Below, piece by piece: positions 27,391 to 43,500 of a DNA stretch of 64,000 bases (position 1 is its first letter; every line of letters starts with the position of its first letter). Under the pieces are notes generated by a model. That model saw only the letters and a list, made by a program, of their open reading frames with translations. It did not search any database and was not told the origin of the DNA. This stretch comes from Eledone cirrhosa (Eukaryota): NCBI GenBank assembly GCA_964016885.1, contig OZ024765.1, forward strand, positions 20,460,001 to 20,524,000, written 5' to 3'. A program made the position numbers and the translations under genes.

Positions 27391-30300
27391 AGATATAAAG
27401 ACAGTGTGAAAATTAATATTTATAAAGTTACTTTTTTAGTTTTGTTTTATACTATAAAAAATATAATACGACACACTGCCAGTGATTGAACCTTGGACCT
27501 GGACCTTCACCGGCTCTTATACTTACCACTAGGCTAAAGGGACAGTTACGGAAACTTACTGAAAATTGATATTTATAAACCTACTTTTTCATTACTAGAA
27601 AAAACCGGAAGTGGAGAAAATTGAAAAACATCTTCTTTTTCTTCCTCTGATTTTTTTTTATCCAAAATTTGGATTTAAGTCAGAGACGAGTTATCGTTCG
27701 TGGCAAAAATCAGAGGAAGAAAAAGAAAAAGTTTTTCAATTTTCTCCACTTCCGGTTTTTTCTAGTATAGGTAAGTAAATATTAATTTTCAATGCATTTT
27801 TCTAACCGTCCCTGTGGCCTAATGGTTAGCACTAGAGACGGTGGAGATCCTGATTTAGGGTTCGATGTCCGTTAGGTTTTATACTAATAACTGCGTATTT
27901 GTTGCTTTTATTAAGTAAGATTTGAACTAATAATGCTGTACTTTGTAGTAATGTCCCATATTATATTCAACATATTTTAATAAAAAATTTTTTTTTTTAT
28001 AAAAGAAAGAACAAAAAACCTTATTGAAATTAAGAAATGAATTTTATTCAGTAAAGTTGTTTTTATTTTGTTTTCACTTCATTAACTGCTGAATACGTCT
28101 TTTGTTTTTGTTTTTGATTCTTTCTAACCATTGTTTACTGTGAATGGTGACTGCAACGAACCTGGATTATTACCAAGTTTCACTGGATGATTGTATTATT
28201 TTGTTGTCAGTGGACATCTGGACATCTATCTAAATACCTGGAATAAACACAAGGTGTGTGTTTTACGTAACATTTCATTTTAATGTCTGATGTTACTGTA
28301 TTTCACATTTAAAATGTAACCAAAAATAAACAAGACATGGACGCTACATCAAAATAAACCACACAGACGAGGTACGAATAATCTAAAATTAATTTTAACA
28401 AACTATAAACGATGTTTAAAGAGAGACGAACATTAAAATAGGATTTCAAACAAACACGTAAACACAAAGACAATTACAGCCGCCATAATCTAATATCTGA
28501 AGATCAACATTTTTCACGATAGAAATAAAACTAAATATGTAAAGTTTAGTGGCCCCTAATTTACTTGCTTTTAATTTCATTTTGATAATCTGTATTCTGT
28601 TGACATATATTTATGATTTTAATGATAAAATTTCCTCATGTCTTTAAAAGATTATTACTTATAAAAATTATAATAGTCACCTCCTCCTCTGGATTAATAT
28701 GTAGCTTACCCACAGGGGTTCCTCAACTGGGCGGTTTCAACTGTTGGGTGGGCGATGAGCAGCTGAACAGAAAATTGAGGGCCATTGGAAACTTTGGTGG
28801 CCGATATAGAATTTTGAGATTTAAAAAGGTATGCTACCCGAAAACCTATTCAAGGAATATATGCAAAGAACCTGAATAAAAATCAGGAAGCTAATTGGGA
28901 AAATTAAACCAGGAACAAACATTTACGAAACATATTTGGTATACTTTGGAATATTTACTATACAAGTGGCTGGTGGAACATTCTTTCATGTGAATGTGGG
29001 AAATGACGCCAAAATATTTGGCAACCCTTGGCTTACACCTTACTAAATGTTCTGGAGACAAGCCTCTTAGCTATATATCATAGTTCTTCAATTCTTCATC
29101 TTCCACAGTTGGTGAAATATTTCGATTTGATATGACGATCGCAGAGTTAGATTTAGGACGTGGTGGCGTTCATCGGTTTCTTAGTGTTGTTACTAGAAAG
29201 GGTCGACTCTGTCTTTCACACTTCAGGTTTTTTCATGAATTAAATATCCATTTTCTTTCTGATCGGTCTAACAATGATTTGAACCTACAATGACTCCGTC
29301 TGTAATAATGTTCTCTTATTTGAAATATGCCATACCTAACTCCCGTGTCTGTGTGTGTGAAAAATATTCCAACTTAGAGCGACGTGCCCGTAAATTGTTT
29401 AGCCTGATTCCTATATATAGATAATGTGTAATATTTGAACCTTCATGGAGGGTCTTTGCCGTAATTTCCCGTAACTCCGACTAGAAGTCATTATGTAGTT
29501 TTTTCGTCCGTTAAAAATAATGATTAAAACAATTCTATATCCACAGTTATATACACCTCTTCATCACATATTATATTATTTCCACCAATAACTACATTAT
29601 ATCCTTAAATATGACACCAAGACATATAATTTGTAAATAAAAGATAAAATATTAAAACCTCAATTTTTAAATAATTTTACCCCACCTTTGTGTTCAGGTT
29701 AACCCATAATTTTATGATTTTGGAGCATATAACTTATCGTCCCAGTCATGTACTGGGATCAATTTAACGGATTGGTTCCTCCCCGCAAATTACTTGACTT
29801 TTGCCTAAGTAAGACATACTCACAGAATGTATCGATGTACATGTATGAATGTATATATATATATATATATTAGTATATTTTATGTTTACAATAAAAATAG
29901 ACAAACAATTTAATGATAATATGAAATGAAATTATTATTATTTATTAATAATATTTTTATTGTTTTCACTGCATTAACTTCTGAGTGCGACTTTGTTTTT
30001 CTTATTATCTTCTACTGTAAATGGCGGCTTAATTGGATTATTACTAAGGTTTACTGGATTGTGGTGTTTCTTTATTGTTTTATATTTCAATCAGTGGACA
30101 TCAGGATAGCTTTCTATATACCTGGGATAAATGTAAATAGTACTGACTTTCATCTGCAGTTCAATGGTGATGTCTTCTTATATTTTCATTTACTTCTGCA
30201 ATACTGTATATTGTAGTCTTTTCATTATTTTAAATATTTCTATCATGTCACTCGTTTGATATATCTCCCCGAAAGATATAGTTATTCAGAGCTTTACATT

Positions 30301-31497
30301 GGAATAGTGTACTACTATTTAAATATTAGTCCTTTAAATATATATTTCTATCATGTACACCCCCCCCCCCTCTTAGATTTATCTCCTCTAAATTTGCAAT
30401 CCCTAAAGTTTAACATCTTTCTTCAGAAGACAGATTTCTTAATGATTCTGGTGTTTTCTGTTTTGTTCTTTTCTGGATTCCTTTAATAGCTTCTCCGTAT
30501 TTTTTGAAGTCGTCTGACCATGCCCCAAAACAATATTCTAGGTCGTATCACACATATCATTCAACTAGTGTTTTAGACCTCTCGACATTTAGCTAGGCAA
30601 AGGAATGTTTTATTATTCCTATCATCTGAATTCCTTTTTTTTCTTCAACATGTTTAGCCATCTTTAAAATCATATTCATACATATTCACAATTCCTCGTG
30701 GAGGGGTATAAGAGACATGTATAAATATAGCTGCATATTACTACAAAATAACTTGAACCGTATCGCGAAACATTTTGTAAAGTATCTCTGTAATTATTCT
30801 CATTTCGATTTTCTGTAGAATGTATTGACGTTTAAGATAGAGACAATTGCCCTTCTGCTAATAATCTCTTTGTCCATTCCATGTTTAGTCTCACAAAATA
30901 TTGTTAATGTAAGATTTTGCTCTAATGTAATAAATGTTACTTTTAAAAGACCGAAGTTCTCAATTTTCTTCTTTCTCTTGTATATTGATATCTAAAGGAT
31001 GACAAATGTATGAATTATGTTATAGGGAGGGAAAAAAAGCCACGACCTTCTTCTCTCGTTACAGAAGGCTAACTGACAACGTCTTTCGCAGGAGTGACTA
31101 GTACTACTGCCTTTTATATACCGTGACAACTGGAAAGACGTGACAAATAAGGATACACTCTGCTCTCCTTATCAACATTGTCCGAGTCTGAGGACCTTTC
31201 CTCCCTGGTTAAGGAGTGAGATAAAATATTAGGGATCAATCTCTAGCAATAATTTCATTAAATCATATTTAACCAGAGACTGTTATGTCGTGGTTGTTGC
31301 TATATTTTATAGTCGTGGTTTCAATGTTTAACAGGGGTTGTAGAATTAGCTTTATCTAATTATTATCAAACAAAACAGATTTATATATTGTCGCCGTTGT
31401 ACGTTAAAATCACATATATATTTATATACACACCAAGGATGGAGGGACGACGGAATTGAAAACGATTATTGCTGAGTACATCACGGCAAGATCTAAT

Positions 31498-31528
<31 letters not shown>

Positions 31529-34500
31529 CCCGTATATATTTAATAATCAGCTATGACCATGAAGAAGGTCCCTGTAGATCATCTGGTTGTAGGATCTAAT
31601 GAACCCGAAAGAAAGTGAAAATATATTTTATGAAAGCCCCAGAAGAATAAATGTAAACATTGACCCGATTATAGTAGAAATAAGAATGAGAAAGCCATGA
31701 ACGCCAGCACATCTATTTTGCTTGGAAACTGAAAGTAGGTTTATAAATATAAATTTTTTCTTATGTTCTTGTATCTGTTTCGTTGGCCTAATGGTAGGTG
31801 TTAGAGACTATGTAGACACTGATGTGGTGTTCAATCTCAGTCCGAATCTGCACTATATATTTTTAAATTAAAATTTGTCTCTAGTAAATTAAAAAATGAA
31901 ATTATTATCTATAGACTTTGACTAAAATCGAAACCCAGAGCAGGTTCTCCACCGTCTCTAATACCTACCATTAGGCCACGGAGACAGATACAAAAACAGT
32001 GTGAAAATTAATATTTATAAAGTTACTTTTTTATTTTTGTTTTATACTATAAAAACTATAATACGACACACTGCCAGTGATCGAACCCTGGACCTGGACC
32101 TCCACCAGCTCTTATACTTACCACTAGGCTAAAGGGACGGTTACGGAAACTTACTGAAAATTGATATTTATAAACCTACTTTTTCATTACTAGAAAAAAC
32201 CGGAAGTGGAGAAAATTGAAAAACATCTTCTTTTTCTTCCTCTGATTTTTTTTTATCCAAAATTTGGATTTAAGTCAGAGACGAGTTATCGTTCGTGGCA
32301 AAAATCAGAGGAAGAAAAAGAAAAAGTTTTTTAATTTTCTCCACTTCCGGTATTTTCTAGTATAGGTAAGTAAATATTAATTTTCAATGCATTTTTCTAA
32401 CCGTCCCTGTGGCCTAATGGTAAGCACTAGAGACGGTGGAGATCCTGATTTAGGGTTCGATTTCCGTTAGGTTTTATACTAATAACTGCGTATTTGTTGC
32501 TTTTATTAAGTAAGATTTGAACTAATAATGCTGTACTTTGTAGTAATGTCCCATATTATATTCAACATATTTTAAATAAAACTTTTTTTTTTTATAAAAG
32601 AAAGAACAAAAAACCTTATTGAAATTAAGAAATGAATTTTATTCAGTAAAGTTGTTTTTATTTTGTTTTCACTTCATTAACTGCTGAATACGTCTTTTGT
32701 TTTTGTTTTTGATTCTTTCTAACCATTGTTTACTGTGAATGGTGACTGCAACGAACCTGGATTATTACCAAGTTTCACTGGATGATTGTATTATTTTGTT
32801 GTCAGTGGACATCTGGACATCTATCTAAATACCTGGAATAAACACAAGGTGTGTGTTTTACGTAACATTTCATTTTAATGTCTGATGTTCCTGTATTTCA
32901 CATTTAAAATGTAACCAAAAATAAACAAGACAGGGACGCTACATCAAAATAAACCACACAGACGAGGTACGAATAATCTAAAATTAATTTTAACAAACTA
33001 TAAACGATGTTTAAAGAGAGACGAACATTAAAATAGGATTTCAAACAAACACGTAAACACAAAGACAATTACAGCCGCCATAATCTAATATCTGAAGATC
33101 AACATTTTTCACGATAGAAATAAAACTAAATATGTAAAGTTTAGTGGCCCCTAATTTACTTGCTTTTAATTTCATTTTGATAATCTGTATTCTGTTGACA
33201 TATATTTATGATTTTAATGATAAAATTTCCTCATGTCTTTAAAAGATTATTACTTATAAAAATTATAATAGTCACCTCCTCCTCTGGATTAATATGTAGC
33301 TTACCCACAGGGGTTCCTCAACTGGGCGGTTTCAACTGTTGGGTGGGCGATGAGCAGCTGAACAGAAAATTGAGGGCCATTGGAAACTTTGGTGGCCGAT
33401 ATAGAATGTTGGGATTTAAGAAGGTATGCTACCCGAAAACCTATTCAAGGAATATATGCAAAGAACCTGAATAAAAATCAGGAAGCTAATTGGGAAAATT
33501 AAACCAGGAACAAACATTTACGAAACATATTTGGTATACTTTGGAATATTTACTATACAGGTGGCTGGTGGAACATTTTTTCATGTGAATGTGGGAAATG
33601 ACGCCAAAATATTTGGCAACCCTTGGCTTACACCTTACTAAATGTTCTGGAGACAAGCCTCTTAGCTATATATCATAGTTCTTCAATCCTTCATCTTCCA
33701 CAGTTGGTGAAGTATTTCGATTTGATATGACGATCGCAGAGTTAGATTTAGGACGTGGTGGCGTTCATGGGTTTCTTAGTGTTGTTACTAGAAAGGGTCG
33801 ACTCTGTCTTTCACACTTCAGGTTTTTTTCATGAATTAAATATCCATTTTCTTTCTGATCGGTCTAACAATGATTCGAACCTACAATGACTCCGTCTGTA
33901 ATAATGTTCTCGTATTTGAAATATGTCATACCTAACTCCCGTGTCTGTGTGTGTGAAAAATATTCCAACTTAGAGCGACGTGCCCGTAAATTGTTTAGCC
34001 TGATTCCTATATATAGATAATGTGTAATATTTGAACCTTCATGGAGGGTCTTTGCCGTAATTTCCCGTAACTCCGACTAGAAGTCATTATGTAGTTTTTT
34101 CATCCGTTAAAAATAATGATTAAAACAATTCTATATCCACAGTTATATACACCTCTTCATCACATATTATATTATTTCCACCAATAACTACATTATATCC
34201 TTAAATATGACACCAAGACATATAATTTGTAAATAAAAGATAAAATATTAAAACCTCAATTTTTAAATAATTTTACCCCACCTTTGTGTTCTCAGTGTTT
34301 AGATTAACCCATAATTTTATGATTTTGGAGCATATAACTTATAGTACCAGTCATGTACTGGGATCAATTTAACGGATTGGTTCCTCCCCGCAAATTACTT
34401 GACTTTTGCCTAAGTAAGACATACTCACAGAATGTATCGATGTACATGTATGAATGTATAGATATATATATATATTAGTAATTTTATGTTTACAATAAAA

Positions 34501-37500
34501 ATAGACAAACAATTTAATGATAATATGAAATGAAATTATTATTATTTATTAATAATATTTTTATTGTTTTCACTGCATTAACTTCTGAGTGCGACTTTGT
34601 TTTTCTTATTATCTTCTACTGTAAATGGCGGCTTAATTGGATTATTACTAAGGTTTACTGGATTGTGGTGTTTCTTTATTGTTTTATATTTCAATCAGTG
34701 GACATCAGGATAGCTTTCTATATACCTGGGATAAATGTAAATAGTACTGACTTTCATCTGCAGTTCAATGGTGATGTCTTCTTATATTTTCATTTACTTC
34801 TGCAATACTGTATATTGTAGTCTTTTCATTATTTTAAATATTTCTATCATGTCACTCGTTTGATATATCTCCCCGAAAGATATAGTTATTCAGAGCTTTA
34901 CATTGGAATAGTGTACTACTATTTAAATATTAGTCCTTTAAATATATATTTCTATCATGTCCCCCCCCCCCACCCTCTTAGATTTATCTCCTCTAAATTT
35001 GCAATCCCTAAAGTTTAACATCTTTCTTCAGAAGACGATTTCTTAATAATTCTGGTGTTTTCTGTTTTGTTCTTTTCTGGATTCCTTCAATAGCTTCTCC
35101 GTATTTTCTGAAGTCGTCTGACCATGCCCCAAAACAATATTCTAGGTCGTATCACATATCATTCAACTAGTGTTTTAGACCTCTCGACATTTAGCTAGGC
35201 AAAGGAATGTATTATTATTCCTATCATCTGAATTCCTTTTTTCTCTTCATGTTTAGCCATCTTTAAAATCATATTCATACATATTCACAATTCCTCGTGG
35301 AGGGGTATAAGAGACATGTATAAATATAGCTGCATATTACTACAAAATAACTTGAACCATATCGCGAAACATTTTGTAAATTATCTCTGTAATTATTCTC
35401 ATTTCGATTTTCTGTAGAATGTATTGACGTTTAAGATAGAGACAATTGCCCTTCTAATAATCTCTTTGTCCATTCCATGTTTAGTCTCACAAAATATTGT
35501 TAATGCAAGATTTTGTTCTAATGTAATAAATGTTACTTTTAAAAGACCGAAGTTCTCAATTTTCTTCTTTCTCTTGTATACTGATATCTAAAGGATGACA
35601 AATGTATGAATTATGTGATAGGGAGGAAAAAAGCCACGACCTTCTTCTCTCGTTACAGAAGGCTAACTGACAACGTCTTTCGCAGGAGTGACTCGTACTA
35701 CTGCCTTTTATATATCGTGACAACTGGAAAGACGTGACAAATAAGGATACACTCTGCTCTCCTTATTAACATTGTCCGAGTCTGAGGACCTTTCCTCCCT
35801 GGTTAAGGAGTGAGATAAAATATTAGGGATCAATCTCTAGCAATAATTTCATTAAATCATATTTAACCAGAGACTGTTATGTCGTGGTTGTTGCTATATT
35901 TTATAGTCGTGGTTTCAATGTTTAACAGGGGTTGTAGAATTAGCTTTATCTACTTATTATCAAACAAAACAGATTTATATATTGTCGCCGTTGTACGTTA
36001 AAATCACATATATATTTACATACACACCAAGGATGGAGGGACGACGGAATTGAAAAGCATTATTGCTGAGTACATCACGGCAAGATCTAATACACACACA
36101 CACACACACTCTCCCGTATATATTTAATAATCAGCTATGACCATGAAGAAGGTCCCTGTAGATCATCTGGTTGTAGGATCTAATGAACCCGAAAGAAAGT
36201 GAAAATATATTTTATGAAAGCCCCAGAAGAATAAATGTAAACATTGACCCGATTATAGTAGAAATAAGAATGAGAAAGCCATGAACGCCAGCACATCTAT
36301 TTTGCTTGGAAATTGAAAGTAGGTTTATAAATATAAATGTTTTCTTATGTTCTTGTATCTGTTTGGTAGGTGTTAGAGACTATGTAGACACTGATATGGT
36401 GTTCAATCTCAGTCGGAATCTGTACTATATATTTTTAAATTTAAATTTTTCTCTAGTAAAGTAAAAAATGAAATTATTATCTATAGACTTTGACTGAAAT
36501 CGAAACCCAGAGCAGGTTCTCCACCGTCTCTAATACCTACCATTAGGCCACGGAGACAGATATAAAAACAGTGTGAAAATTAATATTTATAAAGTTACTT
36601 TTTTATTTTATACCATAAAAGATATAATACGACACACTGCCAGTGATTGAACCCCGGACCTGGACCTCCACCGGCTCTTATACTTACCACTAGGCTAAAG
36701 GGACAGTTACGGAAACTTATTGAAAATTGATATTTATAAACCTACTTTTTCATTACTAGAAAAAACCGGAAGTGGAGAAAATTGAAAAACATCTTCTTTT
36801 TCTTCCTCTGATTTTTTTTTATCCAAAATTTGGATTTAAGTCAGAGACGAGTTATCGTTCGTGGCAAAAATCAGAGGAAGAAAAAGAAAAAGTTTTTCAA
36901 TTTTCTCCACTTCCGGTTTTTTCTAGTATAGGTAAGTAAATATTAATTTTCAATGCATTTTTCTAACCGTCCCTGTGGCCTAATGGTAAGCACTAGAGAC
37001 GGTGGAGATCCTGATTTAGGGTTCGATTTCCGTTAGGTTTTATACTAATAACTGCGTATTTGTTGCTTTTATTAAGTAAGATTTGAACTAATAATGCTGT
37101 ACTTTGTAGTAATGTCCCATATTATATTCAACATATTTTAATTAAAATTTTTTTTTTTTATAAAAGAAAGAACAAAAAACCTTATTGAAATTAAGAAATG
37201 AATTTTATTCAGTAAAGTTGTTTTTATTTTGTTTTCACTTCATTAACTCCTGAATACGTCTTTTGTTTTTGTTTTTGATTCTTTCTAACCATTGTTTACT
37301 GTGAATGGTGACTGCAACGAACCTGGATTATTACCAAGTTTCACTGGATGATTGTATTATTTTGTTGTCAGTGGACATCTGGACATCTATCTAAATACCT
37401 GGAATAAACACAAGGTGTGTGTTTTACGTAACATTTCATTTTAATGTCTGATGTTCCTGTATTTCACTTTTAAAATGTAACCAAAAATAAACAAGACAGG

Positions 37501-40500
37501 GACGCTACATCAAAATAAACCACACAGACGAGGTACGAATAATCTAAAATTAATTTTAACAAACTATAAACGATGTTTAAAAAGAGACGAACATTAAAAT
37601 AGGATTTCAAACAAACACGTAAACACAAAGACAATTACAGCCGCCATAATCTAATATCTGAAGATCAACATTTTTCACGATAGAAATAAAACTAAATATG
37701 TAAACTTTAGTGGCCCCTGATTTACTTGCTTTTAATTTCATTTTGATAATCTATATTCTGTAGACATATATTTATGATTTTAATGATGAAATTTCCTCTT
37801 GTCTTTAAAAGATTATTACTTATAAAAATTATAATAGTCACCTCCTCCTCTCGATTAATATATAGCATCATTCGAGGTAGCTTACCCACAGGGGTTCCTC
37901 AACTGGGCGGTTTCAACTGTTGGGTGGGCGATGAGCAGCTGAACAGAAAATTGAGGGCCATTGGAAACTTTGGTGGCCGATATAGAATTTTGAGATTTAA
38001 GAAGGTATGCTACTCGAAAACCTATTCAAGGAATATATGCAAAGAACCTGAATAAAAATCAGGAAGCTAATTGGGAAAATTAAACCAGGAACAAACATTT
38101 ACGAAACATATTTGGTATACTTTGGAATATTTACTATACAGGTGGCTGGTGGAACATTTTTTCATGTGAATGTGGGAAATGACGCCAAAATATTTGGCAA
38201 CCCTTGGCCTACACCTTACTAAATGTTCTGGAGACAAGCCTCTTAGCTATATATCATAGTTCTTCAATCCTTCATCTTCCACAGTTGGTGAAGTATTTCG
38301 ATTTGATATGACGATCGCAGAGTTAGATTTAGGACGTGGTGGCGTTCATGGGTTTCTTAGTGTTGTTACTAGAAAGGGTCAACTCTGTCTTTCACACTTC
38401 AGGTTTTTTCATGAATTAAATATCGATTTTCTTTCTGATCGGTCTAACAATGATTTGAACCTACAATGACTCCGTCTGTAATAATGTTCTCTTATTTGAA
38501 ATATGCCATACCTAACTCCCGTGTCTGTGTGTGTGAAAAATATTCCAACTTAGAGCGACGTGCCCGTAAATTGTTTAGCCTGATTCCTATATATATAGAT
38601 AATGTGTAATATTTGAACCTTCATGGAGGGTCTTTGCCGTAATTTCCCGTAACTCCGACTAGAAGTCATTATGTAGTTTTTTCGTCCGTTAAAAATAATG
38701 ATTAAAACAATTCTATATCCACAGTTATATACACCTCTTCATCACATATTATATTATTTCCACCAATAACTACATTATATCCTTAAATATGACACCAAGA
38801 CATATAATTTGTAAATAAAAGATAAAATATTAAAACCTCAATTTTTAAATAATTTTACCCCACCTTTGTGTTCAGGTTAACCCATAATTTTATGATTTTG
38901 GAGCATATAACTTATAGTACCAGTCATGTACTGGGATCAATTTAACGGATTGGTTCCTCCCCGCAAATTACTTGACTTTTGCCTAAGTAAGACATACTCA
39001 CAGAATGTATCGATGTATATGTATGAATCTATATATATATATATATTAGTATATTTTATGTTTACAATAAAAATCGACAAACAATTTAATGATAATATGG
39101 AATGAAATTATTATTTATTAATAATATTTTTATTGTTTTCACTGCATTAACTTCTGAGTGTGACTTTGTTTTTCTTACTATTTTCTACTGTAAATGGCGG
39201 CTTAATTGGATTATTACTAAGGTTTACTGGATTGTGGTGTTTCTTTATTGTTTTATATTTCAATCAGTGGACATCAGGATAGCTTTCTATATACCTGGGA
39301 TAAATGTAAAGGGTACTGACTTTCATCTGCAGTTCAATGGTGATGTCTTCTTATATTTTCATTTACTTCTGCAATACTGTATATTGTAGTCTTTTCATTA
39401 TTTTAAATATTTCTATCATGTCACTCGTTTGATATATCTCCCCGAAAGATATAGTTATTCAGAGCTTTACATTGGAATAGTGTACTACTATTTAAATATT
39501 AGTCCTTTAAATATATATTTCTATCATGTCCCCCACCCCCACCCCCACTTAGATCTATCTCCTCTAAATTTGCAATCCCTAAAGTTTAACATCTTTCTTC
39601 AGAAGACGATTTCTTAATAATTCTGGTGTTTTCTGTTTTGTTCTTTTCTGGATTCCTTCAATAGCTTCTCCGTATTTTCTGAAGTCGTCTGACCATGCCC
39701 CAAAACAATATTCTAGGTCGTATCACACATATCATTCAACTAGTGTTTTAGACCTCTCGACATTTAGCTAGGCAAAGGAATGTTTTATTATTCCTATCAT
39801 CTGAATTCCTTTTTTTTCTTCAACATGTTTAGCCATCTTTAAAATCATATTCATACATATTCACAATTCCTCGTGGAGGGGTATAAGAGACATGTATAAA
39901 TATAGCTGCATATTACTACAAAATAACTTAAACCATATCGCGAAACATTTTGTAAAGTATCTCTGTAATTATTCTCATTTCGATTTTCTGTAGAATGTAT
40001 TGACGTTTAAGATAGAGACAATTGCCCTTCTTCTAATAATCTCTTTGTTCATTCCATGTTTAGTCTCACAAAATATTGTTAATGCAAGATTTTGCTCTAA
40101 TGTAATAAATGTTACTTTTAAAAGACCGAAGTTCTCAATTTTCTTCTTTCTCTTGTATATTGATATCTAAAGGATGACAAATGTATGAATTATGTGATAG
40201 GGAGGAAAAAAGCCACGACCTTCTTCTCTCGTTACAGAAGGCTAACTGACAACGTCTTTCGCAGGAGTGACTAGTACTACTGCCTTTTATATACCGTGAC
40301 AACTGGAAAGACGTGACAAATAAGGATACACTCTGCTCTCCTTATCAACATTGTCCGAGTCTGAGGACCTTTCCTCCCTGGTTAAGGAGTGAGATAAAAT
40401 ATTAGGGATCAATCTCTAGCAATAATTTCATTAAATCATATTTAACCAGAGACTTATGTCGTGGTTGTTGCTATATTTCATAGTCGTGGTTTCAATGTTT

Positions 40501-43500
40501 AACAGGGGTTGTAGAATTAGCTTTATCTAATTATTATCAAACAAAACAGATTTATATATTGTCGCCGTTGTACGTTAAAATCACATATATATTTATATAC
40601 ACACCAAGGATGGAGGGACGACGGAATTGAAAACCATTATTGCTGAGTACATCACGGCAAGAATCTAATCTAATACACACACACACTCTCCCGTATATAT
40701 TTAATAATCAGCTATGACCATGAAGAAGGTCCCTGTAGATCATCTGGTTGTAGGATCTAATGAACCCGAAAGAAAGTGAAAATATATTTTATGAAAGCCC
40801 CAGAAGAATAAATGTAAACATTGACCCGATTATAGTAGAAATAAGAATGAGAAAGCCATGAACGCCAGCACATCTATTTTGCTTGGAAATTGAAAGTAGG
40901 TTTATAAATATAAATGTTTTCTTATGTTCATGTATCTGTTTCGTTGGCCTAATGGTAGGTGTTAGAGACTATGTAGACACTGATGTGGTGTTCAATCTCA
41001 GTCCGAATCTGTACTATATATTTTTAAATTTAAATTTTTCTCTAGTAAAGTAAAAAATGAAATTATTATCTATAGACTTTGACTGAAATCGAAACCCAGA
41101 GCAGGTTCTCCACCGTCTCTAATAGGCCACGGAGACAGATATAAAGACAGTGTGAAAATTAATATTTATAAAGTTACTTTTTTAGTTTTGTTTTATACTA
41201 TAAAAAATATAATACGACACACTGCCAGTGATTGAACCCCGGACCTGGACCTCCACCGGTTCTTATACTTACCACTAGGCTAAAGGGACGGTTACGGAAA
41301 CTTACTGAAAATTGATATTTATAAACTTACTTTTTCATTACTAGAAAAAACCGGAAGTGGAGAAAATTGAAAAACATCTTCTTTTTCTTCCTCTGATTTC
41401 TTTTTATCCAAAATTTGGATTTAAGTCAGAGACGAGTTATCGTTCGTGGCAAAAATCAGAGGAAGAAAAAGAAAAAGTTTTTCAATTTTCTCCACTTCCG
41501 GTTTTTTCTAGTATAGGTAAGTAAATATTAATTTTCAATGCATTTTTGTAACCGTCCCTGTGGCCTAATGGTTAGCGCTAGAGACGGTGGAGATCCTGAT
41601 TTAGGGTTCGATGTCCTTTAGGTTTTATACTAATAACTGCGTATTTGTTGCTTTTATTAAGCAAGATTTGAACTAATAATGCTGTACTTTGTAGTAATGT
41701 ACCATATTATATTCAACATATTTTAATTAAAATTTTTTTTTTTATAAAAGAAAGAACAAAAAACCTTATTGAAATTAAGAAATGAATTTTATTCAGTAAA
41801 GTTGTTTTTATTTTGTTTTCACTTCATTAACTGCTGAATACGTCTTTTGTTTTTGTTTTTGATTCTTTCTAACCATTGTTTACTGTGAATGGTGACTGCA
41901 ACGAACCTGGATTATTACCAAGTTTCACTGGATGATTGTATTATTTTGTTGTCAGTGGACATCTGGACATCTATCTAAATACCTGGAATAAACACAAGGT
42001 GTGTGTTTTACGTAACATTTCATTTTAATGTCTGATGTTCCTGTATTTCACATTTAAAATGTAACCAAAAATAAACAAGACAGGGACGCTACATCAAAAT
42101 AAACCACACAGACGAGGTACGAATAATCTAAAATTAATTTTAACAAACTATAAACGATGTTTAAAGAGAGACGAACATTAAAATAGGATTTCAAACAAAC
42201 ACGTAAACACAAAGACAATTACAGCCGCCATAATCTAATATCTGAAGATCAACATTTTTCACGATAGAAATAAAACTAAATATGTAAAGTTTAGTGGCCC
42301 CTGATTTACTTGCTTTTAATTTCATTTTGATAATCTGTATTCTGTAGACATATATTTATGATTTTAATGATGAAATTTCCTCTTGTCTTTAAAAGATTAT
42401 TGCTTATAAAAATTAAAATAGTCACCTCCTCCTCTCGATTAATATGTAGCTTACCCACAGGGGTTCCTCAACTGGGCGGTTTCAACTGTTGGGTGGGCGA
42501 TGAGCAGCTGAACAGAAAATTGAGGGCCATTGGAAACTTTGGTGGCCGATATAGAATGTTGAGATTTAAGAAGGTATGCTACCCGAAAACCTATTCAAGG
42601 AATATATGCAAAGAACCTGAATAAAAATCAGGAAGCTAATTGGGAAAATTAAACCAGGAACAAACATTTACGAAACATATTTGGTATACTTTGGAATATT
42701 TACTATACAGGTGGCTGGTGGAACATTTTTTCATGTGAATGTGGGAAATGACGCCAAAATATTTGGCAACCCTTGGCTTACACCTTACTAAATGTTCTGG
42801 AGACAAGCCTCTTAGCTATATATCATAGTTCTTCAATCCTTCATCTTCCACAGTTGGTGAAGTATTTCGATTTGATATGACGATCGCAGAGTTAGATTTA
42901 GGACGTGGTGGCGTTCATGGGTTTCTTAGTGTTGTTACTAGAAAGGGTCGACTCTGTCTTTCACACTTCAGGTTTTTTTCATGAATTAAATATCCATTTT
43001 CTTTCTGATCGGTCTAACAATGATTCGAACCTACAATGACTCCGTCTGTAATAATGTTCTCGTATTTGAAATATGTCATACCTAACTCCCGTGTCTGTGT
43101 GTGTGAAAAATATTCCAACTTAGAGCGACATGCCCGTAAATTGTTTAGCCTGATTCCTATATATAGATAATGTGTAATATTTGAACCTTCATGGAGGGTC
43201 TTTGCCCTAATTTCCCGTAACTCCGACTAGAAGTCATTATGTAGTTTTTTCGTCCGTTAAAAATAATGATTAAAACAATTCTATATCCACAGTTATATAC
43301 ACCTCTTCATCACATATTATATTATTTCCACCAATAACTACATTATATCCTTAAATATGACACCAAGACATATAATTTGTAAATAAAAGATAAAATATTA
43401 AAACCTCAATTTTTAAATAATTTTACCCCACCTTTGTGTTCTCAGTGTTTAGATTAACCCATAATTTTATGATTTTGGAGCATATAACTTATAGTACCAG

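Noticed and set aside
29926-30216. 96-aa hydrophobic ORF repeated in units 2-9 as a membrane protein
   Set aside because: Broken in unit 1; conservation is explained by unit identity. It is antisense to the PDVH block and is not open in the paralogous block. Not fully excluded
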